A stretch of DNA of 64,000 bases from Camelus ferus (lineage: Eukaryota): assembly GCF_009834535.1 (NCBI RefSeq), contig NC_045696.1:39930001-39994000 (forward strand). The letters are read 5' to 3'. The translations under genes and the position numbers were made by a program. Below the pieces are notes generated by a model. It did no database searches, was not told the DNA's origin, and saw only the letters and a program-made list of their open reading frames with translations. Below are positions 13,756-26,090 of this stretch, piece after piece. Every line of letters begins with the position of its first letter. The first letter of the stretch is position 1.

Positions 13756-14159
13756 TTCATACTCTCAGCTTTTTAATCATAAAAGTCAGTGTCCATTAAG
13801 AAAGGGGGTAAAAAGACTTTGAGGATATATAATCATGGTCAGTCAGAGGACCCCTTTTCCTCCTTCTGCTAGGTAAACTATACTGGGTTACCCAATGGGA
13901 GAAGAGGGAGAGATGGAGGGGAAACAGCATTAAATACCTGTATGCCTCTGAGAAGGATCCACTGCCCACACCCTCCAGCTAAGCCCCCTTGGGGAGTAAA
14001 AAAAAATTATATATATTAGAAACTCACCAGTTTATGTCATTTTTCCTTCAAAAATACAAATGGACAACTAAGAACCAGAGTTATATTAGAAAAATGCAGC
14101 ATAAAAGAGAGAAAAATAGCAAAAACAACAAAAAGGGCTGGGGAGGGATGGAGCAGTGA

Positions 14160-14525
14160 GAGAGAGGGAGATTATTTAAGGAATTGACTCACACAATTAT
14201 GGAGTCTGGATAATCCAAGATCTTTAGCCTAAGACAGCAGGCTGAAGACCCAGGGAAGAGCTGATGTTGCATCTTGAGTTCAAAGACAGTCTGGAGACAA
14301 AATTCCCTCTTCTTTGGGGGAAACTCAGTCTTTTTTTCTTAAGGCTTTCAACTGATTGAATGAGGCCCACTGACAGTAGGGAGGGCAATCTGGTTTACTC
14401 AAGTCTACTGATTTAAATGTTTATCTCATCTAAAAGCAATACCTTCACAGCAACACCTAGACTAATGTTTGACCAAATATCTGGGTACTGGGGCCTAGCC
14501 AAGTTGATACATACAATTAATCATT
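14160..14525 (-). mobile_element. ERVL MLT2-type LTR
   Basis: Characteristic MLT2 text ..gtctactgatttaaatgtt..accttcacagcaacacctagactaatgtttgaccaaatatctgggtact..gccaagttgatacatacaattaatcat. Confidence 0.8.
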
Positions 14526-14529
14526 TTAA

Positions 14530-15050
14530 ACGTTAAAACTTTCAGCAGAAAGACTGCTGAATGAAGTTTAGGAAACTTTCTAGAATGTAAACAGAAGAGA
14601 AAAAAAGATGAGATATATGAAGACGAAAGGATGTAAGTCATCAGATTGCAAGGGATCACAAAATAGCTACCAGAAGTTAATAAAAAATGAAAGAAGTCTG
14701 GTGTCTAAGAAAGTCTCCTGAAATTTCAGAACATCAAAATTGAGAGAAGATTCTAAACATTTTCAGAGAGGAAAAAAATCACTTCCAAAGGAATATAAAT
14801 TAGAGTTGTCACCAGCAACCACTGGATGTTGGAAGAAAGTGATGTAATCTCTTCAAATTTTGAGGAAAAATGATATACTTGACTTCAAATTCTATTCCCA
14901 GGCAAACTATCAGTCAAATAAGAAATCAGGAAAAAGGGATATTCAGACATATGAGGACTCCAGAAGTTTTTCTCCACATACTCTTGCTAAGAGAGTTATT
15001 CCAAGATTTACTCTGGCAATTCAAGAGGGTGAAAAAGTATCAAAGGGAAA
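14530..15050 (+). mobile_element. Old L1/HAL1 ORF1-like fragment
   Basis: Degenerate ORF1 C-terminal motifs (gagaagattctaaac..; aaattctattcccaggcaaactatca, similar to RILYPAKLS). Confidence 0.6.
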
Positions 15051-15139
15051 AAAACCACTCTTTATATATATACACGAAGTAAAGAAGCTGAATTGTAGAT
15101 GTGGAATGTAGTCTGTCAACACAGCAAAGAGTGGACTTT

Positions 15140-15658
15140 ACTTTCTTTTAATTTTTATTGAAGTATAGTAAATTTACAATGCTGTGTTAATTTCTGGTGT
15201 TCATCATAGGGCTTTAGTTATACACGTATACATATTCCTTTTCATTATAGACCATTCCAAGGTATTGAATATAGCCCCTTTGCTATACAGTAGGACCTTG
15301 CTGTTTATTTTATATATAGTAGTTAGTATCTATAAATCTTGAACTTCCAATTTATTCCTTATCACTCACTTTTCCTCCTGGTAACCATAAGTTTGTTTTC
15401 TATGTCTGTGAGTGTCTTTTGTAAATAAGTTCATTTGTGGTGTTTTTTTTTTTAATATTCCACATATAACACATATAAGTGATATTATATGGTATTTGTC
15501 TTTCTCTTTCTGGCTTACTTCACTTGGTATGACAATCTCCAGGTCCATCCATGCTGCTGCAAGTGATATTATTTTATTATTTTTTATGGCTGAGTAGTAT
15601 TCCATTATAGCAACCTAAATGTCCATTGACGGATGACTGGATAAAGAAGTTGTAGTAC
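15140..15658 (-). mobile_element. Young L1 3' end with 5' inversion (twin-priming type)
   Basis: 15140-15609 is antisense L1 C-terminus and 3' UTR (MEYYSAIKNNKIISLAAAWMDLE..). 15610-15658 is the immediately upstream L1 segment (gcaacctaaatgtccattgacggatgactggataaagaagttg) in sense orientation. Confidence 0.88.
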
Positions 15659-15740
15659 GTGTGTGTGTGTGTGTGTATACACATATATATATGTATGTAT
15701 GCATGTGTGTATGTGTGTGTATACATATATATATATATAT
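15659..15740. repeat. (TG)n/(TA)n compound microsatellite
   Basis: Directly visible in the sequence. Confidence 0.95.
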
Positions 15741-16189
15741 GCTGATTTTATCTAGACCCTGAGGAAGGTAGAGCTTAAGGACCTGCTGACTTTCAGAAGC
15801 ATTCTGAAGTGAAGTGCCCCATTGATTAGCTAACCATGAGAGGCCTAGTACTTAAATGAAGCTGCCACTGATTGATTGGGTTAGGTTTAAAATCTGTTCT
15901 GAGGGATCCTGTTTATGACTTGGGCTAAATAATAATCAGTATTGTCTTTTCTTGATCTTGGAGAAGAGGAAATTTTATTCTCAAAACCAAGAGGATGGTA
16001 TGGGGCCCAGGAAAGGCAGATCCAAACAAGAGAAAAGAGAAGTTCCAGCTGGCAGTGGCTCAGTAGATCTAAAGAACTACTTAGTTGCTTTGGATCAGAA
16101 AGTTAGAAGTCTTCAGGAAACAGCCATTTAGTGCCAAAGAGGACTGAATAAAATATGAAGAATGCTGGAGAGTTTGGAGGACATGTGGT

Positions 16190-16385
16190 GTAGTACAGCA
16201 TCATAGTTACAAGCACACACTTGGGAGCTGACTGGCCATGCTTGAGTCTCACCTCTACTTGTTACACATCTCCACTGTGTAACCTTGAGCGTGCCACTTA
16301 AACTCTCTCTGCCTCTCTTGCTTCATCTGTAAATTGACCACAGTAATAGTATCTATCTTACAGAAATGTTGTGAGGATCACACAA
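16190..16385 (+). mobile_element. MIR SINE
   Basis: MIR core tgtgtaaccttgagc..acttaaactctctctgcctc..ttcatctgtaaa..ttgtgaggat. Confidence 0.75.
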
Positions 16386-16387
16386 CA

Positions 16388-16835
16388 TGTACTGTTATCT
16401 ATTGCTTTGTTACAAATTATTGCAAAATTTGGGGGCTTAAAACAATGATAATCATTTATTATCTCTCATAGTTGCTGCGAGTGAGGCTTGGCTGGGAGAC
16501 CTGACTCAAGGTCTTTGATAATGTGGCAATCAGGATGGTGAGGTTACTCATTGGCTGGCAAGTTGGTGCTGGCTGTTGATAGGGACCTTCGTTCCTCTTC
16601 CTCTGGCCTCTCCCAGAGATGCTGAAGTGTCCTTATGATAACAGTGGCTGGCTTCCCCCAGAGAAAATGATAGAAAGGAAGAGCTTGGCAGAAGCTATCC
16701 TTTTCATTACTTAGTCTCAGAACCACATAGCATCACTTCTGCCCCATTCTACTCAGTAGAATGAATCATTCCATCCAGCCTGCATTTGAGGGAAAGGAAG
16801 CATGTCAATGAATTTACACATATTTAAAAACTATG
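16388..16835 (-). mobile_element. MaLR MLT1-type LTR
   Basis: Begins tgtactgttatctattgct..ggcttaaaacaatgataatcatttattatctctcatagtt, the antisense MLT1 terminus. Confidence 0.75.
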
Positions 16836-17624
16836 TATAGTATGAGTCTTTCTGTAGAAAACACCAAAAAAGAATACGGAAAAATTACATTTTCTTTTTT
16901 AACTTATTTGAAACAATGCAGACAAACACACACACACATTCAAACAAGCAGTGATTGAACTTAAATATAGAAACCGTATGGCTTCCTAAATTAATCTTAC
17001 AGTTGATGTAGTTCACAATTATTAGTAGCTTTTGCCCTAAGTAGAAAGGTGTACCCATGGAGAGGTTATGAGTTCTGCTTTCCCTCAGGGCTCCTGAGAA
17101 CAAAACATAACGTCACAGAGCCAGAGCCAGGCAGTACATTAGCCTGCATTCAGCAAAGCAGAAACAAAGCCTTATTTTATGTTTCCTTCTAGAATAAATA
17201 AATTTTTTAAAAGAAACTAGCTTTTCTGTTTTCCCTTGGAGTTGAGCCCTGTTGACCTTAAAGATTTTACCTTTACCCCTATTTAACACTCCAGCAGGTA
17301 AGAATTGCTGGTGACTAGCCAGCTGGAAAAGTAGGACAGCCTCCCTTGAAACTCACTTTCCTTCTCTTTTTACCATGCTGGAAGTGGCTCCTTTTCAGTC
17401 CAGAAGGCAGCATTCTCTGAACATGAGGACTGCTGTCACATACAGTCGCAGGTGTCAAATCTCAATAAATGTCAAACACGTTGTTGATTTCACTCACTTT
17501 GCATCCTGTGTCTCCCTTAGGAGAGTGAAGGTTGGTTTAAAGAAGAGGGTGTATGGGAAAAGCTGGCAAAGTCTTCGTATGTGTTGGCAAGGCATAAAGG
17601 AAGGCAAGGTTGGCGAGAGACAGA

Positions 17625-17835
17625 ATAATAATTACTACCATGCTTGGAGTGCCTAGTATATGCCAAGCATTTATAAACGTAATATCATTTATTCTTCTAC
17701 TACTCTAAGGAGCAAACACTGTTATCTCCAGTTTACATATGAGAAGCTGATGCTCAGAGAAGTTAAGTAAATTTCACTTCAGGTAGTGGTTGAACTAGGA
17801 TGTGAACCCAGTCCTATCCGAGTCTGAACTCCACA
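17625..17835 (-). mobile_element. MIR SINE
   Basis: ttatctccagtttacatatgagaagctgatgctcagagaagttaagtaa..ggatgtgaaccca is an antisense MIR core. Confidence 0.75.
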
Positions 17836-18086
17836 CTGCTGCATCCTGAGTATTCCAAACAGTACACTTTCATCTGTACTTCCTTTTGCTTGAATATATT
17901 GCCAACGGTACATATTTAAAAGTACAAACAAGTTTTAACAGTCAAATATAATGGTAAATGAACTAGACTAATCAGTTATTTGTGCTCTGAATAACACTTT
18001 CAAGACTATGTTGACAAGATGCCCCCTTATTTGGGGGGTTATGGTAAGACAGTGTCCTCCCAAGTCTTCCAAATTCAATAGGTTGT

Positions 18087-18160
18087 ACACCAGAAATTGA
18101 CACAACATTGTAAACTGACTATACTTCAATAAAAAAATATATATACACAAAAAAACCCCG
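18087..18160 (+). mobile_element. Extremely 5'-truncated L1 (74 bp) with a perfect 15-bp TSD
   Basis: The insert acaccagaaattgacacaacattgtaaactgactatacttcaataaaaaaa.. equals the last bases of the local young L1. AATTCAATAGGTTGT occurs at 18072-18086 and 18161-18175. Confidence 0.92.
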
Positions 18161-19492
18161 AATTCAATAGGTTGTGGATTTTAATAAACATTCCCTTCAG
18201 GCAAATAAGCAATGCAACATTTTGCAATGGATCATTAAAAACAAGATTCTGGTGTAAAAGAGCTTTCAGATCTCATAAGTTTGATTGGTTGTCACTGGTT
18301 TATAATCATGAACAAATTACCAACTAATAATAAGTGTACCAGTTCCAACAATTTTATTAACTTCAAATGATACCACATGCATTAAAACTGCTGGAGAAAT
18401 AACAGACGGCCTTTCAATAGATACTTGGACAACTAACTGGTTGTTATATTTCCAAATTTATGTTTTTGAAAAAAAGCATTGTGCTGTTATTTCTGCAAGC
18501 AATTCATTTTCTATGAATAGATGTGACTACAGGCTTTCTGGAATTCAGAGAACTACACTTTTACAAAAGTGAGATACCTAGATGAAATACAACAGCCTAA
18601 TTTTATGGATTTCCAACTTTGCTCTGAGGAAGTTATGAGAAAGGAGGAGAAACTGGTGGTATCTAGAGGGATTTCTCCATGTAAGTGCATAAATAAAGAT
18701 AAGCATGGTGTTTTTACGTTATTTGGGTGGTAAAATTGTGAGTCAGACTGACCTTCAACTGGGAATAACTATATGAGTAACCAAAGAAGAAAATATGATT
18801 TTATTGAATACAGCTTCTCTACTTTTATTTCATGAATTCATTCATTTATTGGTGTATTATTTATTGACATGTTATATATCCAATAGAAATTATCAACAAC
18901 TGACAATTTGCTAGGACAGAGTACAGGGGAGTTTTGGTTTTTTTCTTTTGTGGAAAAGGGAGAGGAAAGAGACATGTACAACATGCAGAAGGAAGAATAA
19001 AGGAGCAGCCAATAAGGGGACCGTCTAAGTCTTCTGTTCAGTCTGGTTATAGGAATCTACTGCTCTCCATTTTCGGGTGGATTCATCAATTGCTACAAAA
19101 TGAATACTAAGAAAACAACCAAACAATTTAAATATATGTAAAGTGAAAAGTGAACGTCTTCTCATTTTTAACCCCACTCTCACATTTTCACTAAGTATAT
19201 ACCAATTCAGACTTTTCCTACGCTTATAAACAAACACATATTCATAAAGATATTAAAAAAGACATCAAATATATATATATACACACATATATATTTTTTC
19301 TGTTTCATCTTTTATAATACTATGGCCCTCTTCCTCTATTAATGCATTTCAAGCTACTTGTTTTTTTTTTTAGATGCAGAATATTCCATAATGTAACTAT
19401 ATTACAGCTAATTTAACCATTGCCCTATTCATGGACAGCTGTAGTATTTTCATTTTCCCCTGTATTTTGAAAACCTTCTGTTTTTTCAACAG

Positions 19493-19570
19493 AATCATCA
19501 TGGGCTTGTAAATCCTTCCAAATTAACATTGAAGAATCTATAGACGGAAACGTGGACTTTGTTTGAAAAG
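19493..19570 (+). other. Candidate spliced exon (78 nt; stop codon in all three frames)
   Basis: Acceptor ccttctgttttttcaacAG and donor AAG|GTAAGA, in unique sequence. Confidence 0.4.
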
Positions 19571-19648
19571 GTAAGACAATCTGGAGAGATGAAGGCTACT
19601 TTAAATGATGGGAGGTGGAGACTGCTGTAGTGTGTGGTAAAAGGCAAC

Positions 19649-19650
<2 letters not shown>

Positions 19651-19709
<59 letters not shown>

Positions 19710-19710
19710 A
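19651..19710. repeat. (TG)n(AG)n microsatellite
   Basis: Directly visible in the sequence. Confidence 0.95.
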
Positions 19711-20199
19711 AGTGTGTCTGTATTCCTGAGAAGTGGTTTACAGTCTTCTCTTGGCTTTTCCTTGCTGTTGTCTTGGGACAGTCATCATCTGCCTCTTTCT
19801 GCAGAAATCCAAAGCAATGGTAGAGATGAGTGCAGTATCTAAAGAGCATCTCATAAGCCTTGATGAGGTGAATGGTTGAATAAACTGGTCAGCATCAGTA
19901 AATGCTTAGCATGGACTCCTCCATGTCCCCCTTTTAAATCCACAGGGCAGATAAATTTTCACCTGACACTTCCTCCTCCCCATAATATTTCTCCTCCTGG
20001 TTTAAAACAGAAGCGCCGATCTAAAGAATTGCTTGATGAGATGATAACAAATGTAACTAATTAAGTTGTGGGATGCTCCAACTTAAGAAGAGCCTTAAGG
20101 CTACTCTCTTCTCGGATGTACAGAGCCAACATACTGTGCGGTATGACTTTCTGCTCTTCCCCAAACACATCAACAGACTGAGGAGCAGATAGCCTCAGA

Positions 20200-21660
20200 G
20201 GAATAGGAGCTCATAGATAAAAATAATAGGACATATGAAGAGGACAATCACCTCAAAGGAAAACTCCAAACTCAAGCACATTAACCAAAAAAAGCAAGGG
20301 TATAAGAACAAACGTACCTCAAATTCAGGATAAGAATACTAACTATACTAAAAGAGGCAAGAGGAAATGCTAAAAACACGAAGTAAGAACCAAACAAATC
20401 ATAAAAAAGAACCAAAGGAGAATACCAGGTATGAATAATCTAATTGCTAAAAAGAATACAATAATTGAGATAAATAATGGAATAATACACAACTAAAAAT
20501 ATGCTAGTGAGTTAAAAGATCAGTTTCAGGAACTCTCTGAGGTTAAAGCAGGGAACAGTGAAAAACTGTAAATTTAAAAGGTAAGTTAAAAGTTGTGGTG
20601 GGCATAAAAAGTACCAACTTTCAGATAATAGGAGATCAGAAGGAGAGAAATAAAAATGGAGCAGTACAAATATTTTCTAAGATAAGAAAAAGTGAACACA
20701 CAGATAAAAAAATTTCATAGGTGCCAAAGAGGAGAGAGAAGGAAAAACTAACACACTTAGGCAGATATTAGTGAAATCTCACTATGTGAAGAAGAAGAAG
20801 AAAAGGAGGAGGATTTAAAGGAAGAGGAGAGGGAGAAAGAGAAGGGGAAAAAAAAAAAAGGAAAATATCCTGAAAGCCTTTCAAGAGCAAGAGTCAATAA
20901 CCTACAAAAAACATAAGAATCAGACTGATGACAGACTTCTGTACAACACTGAATGCAGTAAGACAACAGAGCAATGTTTAAGTATTTATAAAAATTGTTA
21001 TTCAAATGTAAATGTCTAAAATAAACATTTTAGCATATAATGCCTAAAAAATTTGCTATCGAATGACTCACGCTGAAAACTCTTTTGGCAAGAAGTTCTC
21101 ATACAGGAAGAGCCGTAAATATGAGGAGATGTGATATAAGGCAGTCACAAGTCGTAGAAGAGTCTTTATAATTATATTTTAAATGTTTAAGGCAAAAAAA
21201 AGAAATTGAAGAAGTACTTCTATATCATGAAATTAATAGTCTAGTAATACCAACAAAATAATGGATAGATGGAAAAGATCGTAAGAAAGTTCCTTTTAGG
21301 GGGAATGATGCATGCTGGTTTGAGTCACAGTTAAAAAAGCAAGAAAAGAGGCTATGAAAACAAGAAATATCGAAAAAGCAAAGAAAATGTAAATAAAAGA
21401 GGAAGAGATTAAAGTCTAAAAATACCAGCAAACACAACAAATTTAAATGAACCAATCTCACCACTTAAAAGAGATAATCAGATTGGATAAAGAAACAATT
21501 ATCTATATGGTATTTACATAAACACAAGGACATAAGAAGACCAAAAGTAAAGATGTTAAAAAAGATGTATCGGGCAAACACTACTTATAGGAAAGCTAGG
21601 GTAGCTATACTATTATCAGACATACAGACCTGAAGGTAAAAGGCAGCCAGTTCATCAGAA
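20200..21660 (+). mobile_element. Old LINE-1 fragment (ORF1 region through endonuclease start)
   Basis: A-rich degenerate ORF1 (aagaatcagactgatgacagacttct). Endonuclease-like gaaagctagggtagctatactattatcagac (KARVAILLSD) near 21590-21620. Confidence 0.7.
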
Positions 21661-21684
21661 ATATCATATGGTTATGGCATAGAT

Positions 21685-22301
21685 ACATTTCCTAGGGTAA
21701 ATATATGTGAATTAACTCATGAAATAAATGCTACACATCTGCTAGCAGTTAAATTAGATTCATCTGTGCTAGCAAATGGCTGGGCCAGACTCATTCAGAA
21801 TCATGCTTACTGATCTACATTTGCTGGAAGATGGCACAATTATTTTCATTTTCTTTGTGTGGATGCCAGGGCTGCGATTTCTTTCTGTACTCAGTCAGCA
21901 ATGCCAACTCACACAGTCATGTGACAAGACAGCACTGTTCTGACATAGGGGCCCTTCACCAACATCATACTTAATGACCAAGTTTACAGTGGCTTCATGA
22001 ATGCCACAGGATTCCATCCCTAGAAAGGATGATCAGAAGAAAGTCTTTAGAAACCCCGACTTTCCATCACCTATGGTGATCAACTGTTCATTTTGAAGGC
22101 TTACAGACTTCTTCGTGAAGATCCTCACAGCAGGATTTATTCAGCTTCATTCCCACAGCTGTGAGGGATTTTGTGTGCGACTTCATGAGGAAGCTAAAAC
22201 ATGGGGCGCAATGGCGGGAGGCTGGGGTCGTATCCAGGAAAATCATGTCTGCAAGTGTCAGAGCCATTGTTGTTGCTGAGTGCAGAGATTTCTTTCTCTC
22301 T
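21685..22301 (-). pseudogene. ACTG1: Processed gamma-actin pseudogene, rearranged (internal inversion and deletions)
   Basis: Minus 22301-22224 reads REKEISALSNNNGSDTCRHDFPGYD, similar to [25 protein letters not shown]. Plus 22100-22208 reads LTDFFVKILT/FSFIPTAVRDFVCDFMRKL, similar to LTDYLMKILT..YSFTTTAEREIVRDIKEKL. Minus 22092-21754 reads EQLITIG..SFLGMESCGIHEAT..GIAD*VQKEIAALA..KIIVP/FQQM*ISK..ESGPAI..stop. Downstream agcagatgtgtagcattt..catgagttaatt resembles the ACTG1 3' UTR as I recall it. No introns. Confidence 0.88.
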
Positions 22302-23369
22302 TCTAATCTGAGTAGTTGGTTTCGGCATTGGCTGGGGGGAATGTGGGCAGAGAGCACATGAGAGCACGAGAATCTGAGATTTCATTTCACCCATTGTAAT
22401 TCTGATTTATTTCAAGAAACACTGGATTGTTGCACTGAAAAAATATAGTTGCTGGAAATAACGGGTCATATACTTTAGAGCTAACAAGCTTATATGTATT
22501 GTTGTGTCTTCCCCTAGTTATATTATCATGTCTTAGACACACAGCCAATGCTTAAAATGTGTTTAATTTACTGGTAAATTATTTTCATCATAGTGAATAA
22601 TCCCTTTACACATTGGCAGGCTATTTGAATGTGTTACTAAACAGTGTCTTTCCAAATTAATTATTATTAAAATGTATTGAGTAAAAATTATGAAAATAAT
22701 ATCACAGGAAAATTTTCAAACCACTCATGGTTCCACTTAGGCTTTAGTGCTTGAAGGGTTTTAAATAACTAATTACAAAAGTATTTGGTTCTGACAAGTA
22801 TCCTAGTATTAAGGAATTAACACAAACATTAGCATATGTGGATTTCAGAAATGTGCCAAATAGCAGAGGTGTTGAAACAAATTGGACTTTTTTTGTTGTT
22901 TTATTTCTTTTTCTGCTGTAAAGGACAAAGATCCACAGTCAACACAATTAAAGAATAGCCTTTAACTGTAAGCTATAACCAAGATATAACCACAGAAAAA
23001 GTGATTGTATACATAGGTGTGCCTTTATTTTATAAGGCTGTCATCCAGTCATGAAAATAATCTCTGGTTCATGTGGCCAGTGCCTAAAGAAATCAGATCA
23101 CAAGATCTCAAAGAAATTTAATACATGCACGTCCCCATGTTTTTCCCTTTCTTTTTGTTTAAATTCCTTAGGTATTTGTATTTAAAAGAGTAGTCCCAGT
23201 GCATTTGTTAAGGGCAAAACTTGTATTTTTTTAGTCTAGTGAAAGAAAAGCACAAAAAAGAAGTGAAAGGGGAAGTGGGTAAAAAGGAAATCAGAAAATA
23301 TGCTCAGATTTTTATAACCGAATCCTCACATTTACAGTGATGACTATCAAAGGCACCAGCATCTTTTTT

Positions 23370-23945
23370 CCAGTCTGCCACATCTTCTAACTGCTTCCCC
23401 ACATCTATTCATTCCACCTTTACATAGTAGCCAACATGGTATTTTAAAAAGATGAATCAGATCATATTTCCCACCCATTTAAACCCATCCAGCAGCTTCC
23501 TCTTTTTCAGACAATAAAAACCAACAAATACCACATTGTGCCCTCAAACCTGATTCAGTCCTGTCCCTGCCCAGCTGTTCTACCTCACTGAGTGCCACAG
23601 CCCCACCATGCTTCAGCTATAAAAGCTCCTGGTCTGGACCAGGACTAGGCAAGATTTTTTGCCTTAAGGCTTTCCAGCTGTTGTTCCCTCTGCTAAGACA
23701 ATTCTCTTGCTAGATCTGTGCATAGGTAGCTTCTTCGAGGCTTTCAGATCTCAGTTTAAATGTCACATCCACAGAACTTCCCTGATCACATAAGATAATG
23801 CATCTTCTGTTCCATCCCTCTCTATTCCTCTACCTAACTTTGCAATCTTCCTAGCAATAATCACTTTCCAAAATTACCTTGTTCATGTATTTATTTTCCC
23901 CACCCCGCTCAGCAGGTACTCAATGATACTGCCTGAAGGCATGGA
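23370..23945 (+). mobile_element. L2 3' fragment
   Basis: L2-like text (..gctgttgttccctctgcta..ttcagatctcagtttaaatgtcacatcc..aggtactcaatga). Confidence 0.7.
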
Positions 23946-24619
23946 ATGTGAATACTTCTGAAGACCACCAGGCTAGCACAGTGTTCAAGTTTAGATCTCT
24001 GACTGAGATTTTGCAGAGCAATATTTCCTTGTCTTCTGTACTAGTGGTTTTAAAGTATTTACATTTGTAAGATGTGAATACCTTCTGCCTTGATTATGCC
24101 TATAATCCTATCTTCAAAGAGCAGCGTTAGAACAGAATCCATAGTTGATCAATAAGATACTAAATTGCATATATCTGCATGGATTACACTTTCAAGGAAT
24201 TCATAGGGGCCATTTGTGGATGAGTAACTTGAAATCACTTAAATTTACCTTTACACATATCTAATATGGTTCACTGACTCGAAGTCAGATATATATTTTA
24301 GAGAGATAAGAAAAACAGATGAGCATAGTGTCACAAGGGCCAAAAAATAGAAGGGGGACATAGGTTCAAACACTGCAGTTATATCAATAATGAATGAAAA
24401 GTAAGAACATTTTTGCCAATATATGAGAAATGCTTCACTCGATTAGTGAAAGGGTCAGAGCCCAGGTAACGGTAGAGGACTAATGAAAAGGCAATGAAAT
24501 AAGAGAGAATATAGACTTGGCCTTTAAAATTTTGGTAGTGCAGGGAAGGAAAGCAATGGAAAAATAACTTTAGAGAAGAATAAAGTAGAGGGATGGTTTT
24601 GGCTTTTTCCTACGTTCTG

Positions 24620-26090
24620 ATTGATATATTTTCTTCAGAAAAATGTCTATTTTCAAGTCCCTTTGCCCATTTTTAATTGTATTGTTTCCCTTTTTGTTGT
24701 TGAGTAGTAAGAATTCTTTATATATTATGGATACTAGATGCTTATTAGATACATGATTTACAAATATTTTCTCTCATTCAGTGGGGTTTTTTTTTTTTTT
24801 CACTTTATTGTGTGTCCGTTGATACACATGCTTTTAATTTTGATACAGTCCAATTTATTTTTTCTCTAGCCATTTGGTGCTTTTGGTGTCATATCTAAGA
24901 ATCCATTGCCAAATCCAAGGTCACTGAGATTTGCCCCAACGTTTTTTTCTAAGAGTTTTATGGTTTTAGCCCCTACATTTAAATCATTCCACTTTCAGTT
25001 AAATTTTACATATGGTATGAGGTAAGGGTCCAATATCATTTTTTGCATGTGGTTATTCAGTTGTTTCAGCACCATATGTTGAAAAGACTACTCTTTTCCC
25101 ATTGAATGGTCTTGGCACCCTTGCTGAAAGTTAACTGACCATAGATATGTGAGTTTATTTCTGGACTCTCCATTCTGTTCCACTGACCTGTATATCTATC
25201 CTTGCCAATACCACACTATTTTGATTACTGTAGCTCTGTAGCAAGTTTTGAAATCAAGCTGTGTGAGTTTTCCAAGTTTGCTCTTCTTTTTAAAGATGGT
25301 TTTGGCTATTTGGGGTCCCTTGTAATTCAATACGAATTTTAGAATCAGCTTATCCATTTCAGCAAAAATTAAAAATAAAAATAAAAAAGGAATTTGAATT
25401 TTAATAGGCATGGTATAGAATCTGTAGATCAAATTTGGGAGCATTGCCACCTTAACAACATTAAAGTCTTCTACTCCATAAACACAGGGTAACATTTCAT
25501 TTATTTCAAATTTTAAAAATTTATTTCTTCTGCCAGTTGTCTCATTACCCATCCTTTTCTGCCAAGCTTTGCAGTTTGTCCACATTTGCCCTGTTATTTC
25601 TTGCTCTGGGTGGCAGCTGCTAATTCATTTGCCTCTGAAAGGTTTTAACAAATGCCCCCTGAGCAGCCACCTCAGCTTGTGGATTTTTCTGAGTTAGGCA
25701 AAATAAAGGGAAGCCCTTTGAGCTGGCCCTTCAGAGACCAACAGATAGGTCAAAAGAAACAGCCAAAATTGTTTAAGAATAAGTTCTGTTCTGCTCTTCC
25801 TGGTACCAGGAGCCTGTATGAGGAATGCAGATTGTTGTCTGTAAGGCTGCTTCTGACCTGAGGAGTGCGGCATGGGGACAGGGTAAGTTAAAATGCCACA
25901 AAGCTCTCTTACTTACACTCAGACAATTTTCTCTTGAATAAGCATTCACCTGGTTGCTATAAACCCTTGATTAGTTTCCAAGTTCTGATAAAGTTGATTC
26001 AGACAGTCCTTGCCAGGTTATTTACTGCTTTTGAGGAGGGACAAGATTTTGGAGTTTCCTACTCCACCATTATCCCTGGTATCACTGTGA
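24620..26090 (-). mobile_element. LINE-1: ORF2 3' portion joined to an L1 5'-end-like segment
   Basis: ORF 25196-25585 contains NVVKVAMLPNLIYRFYTMPIKI..DKLILKF..KGPQIAKTIFKKKSKLG..DFKTCYRATVIKIVWYW. 25540-26090 resembles an antisense L1M 5' end. Confidence 0.85.

Noticed and set aside
22088..22394. Three overlapping ORFs as novel small proteins
   Set aside because: They are explained by the rearranged actin pseudogene and its alternative frames.
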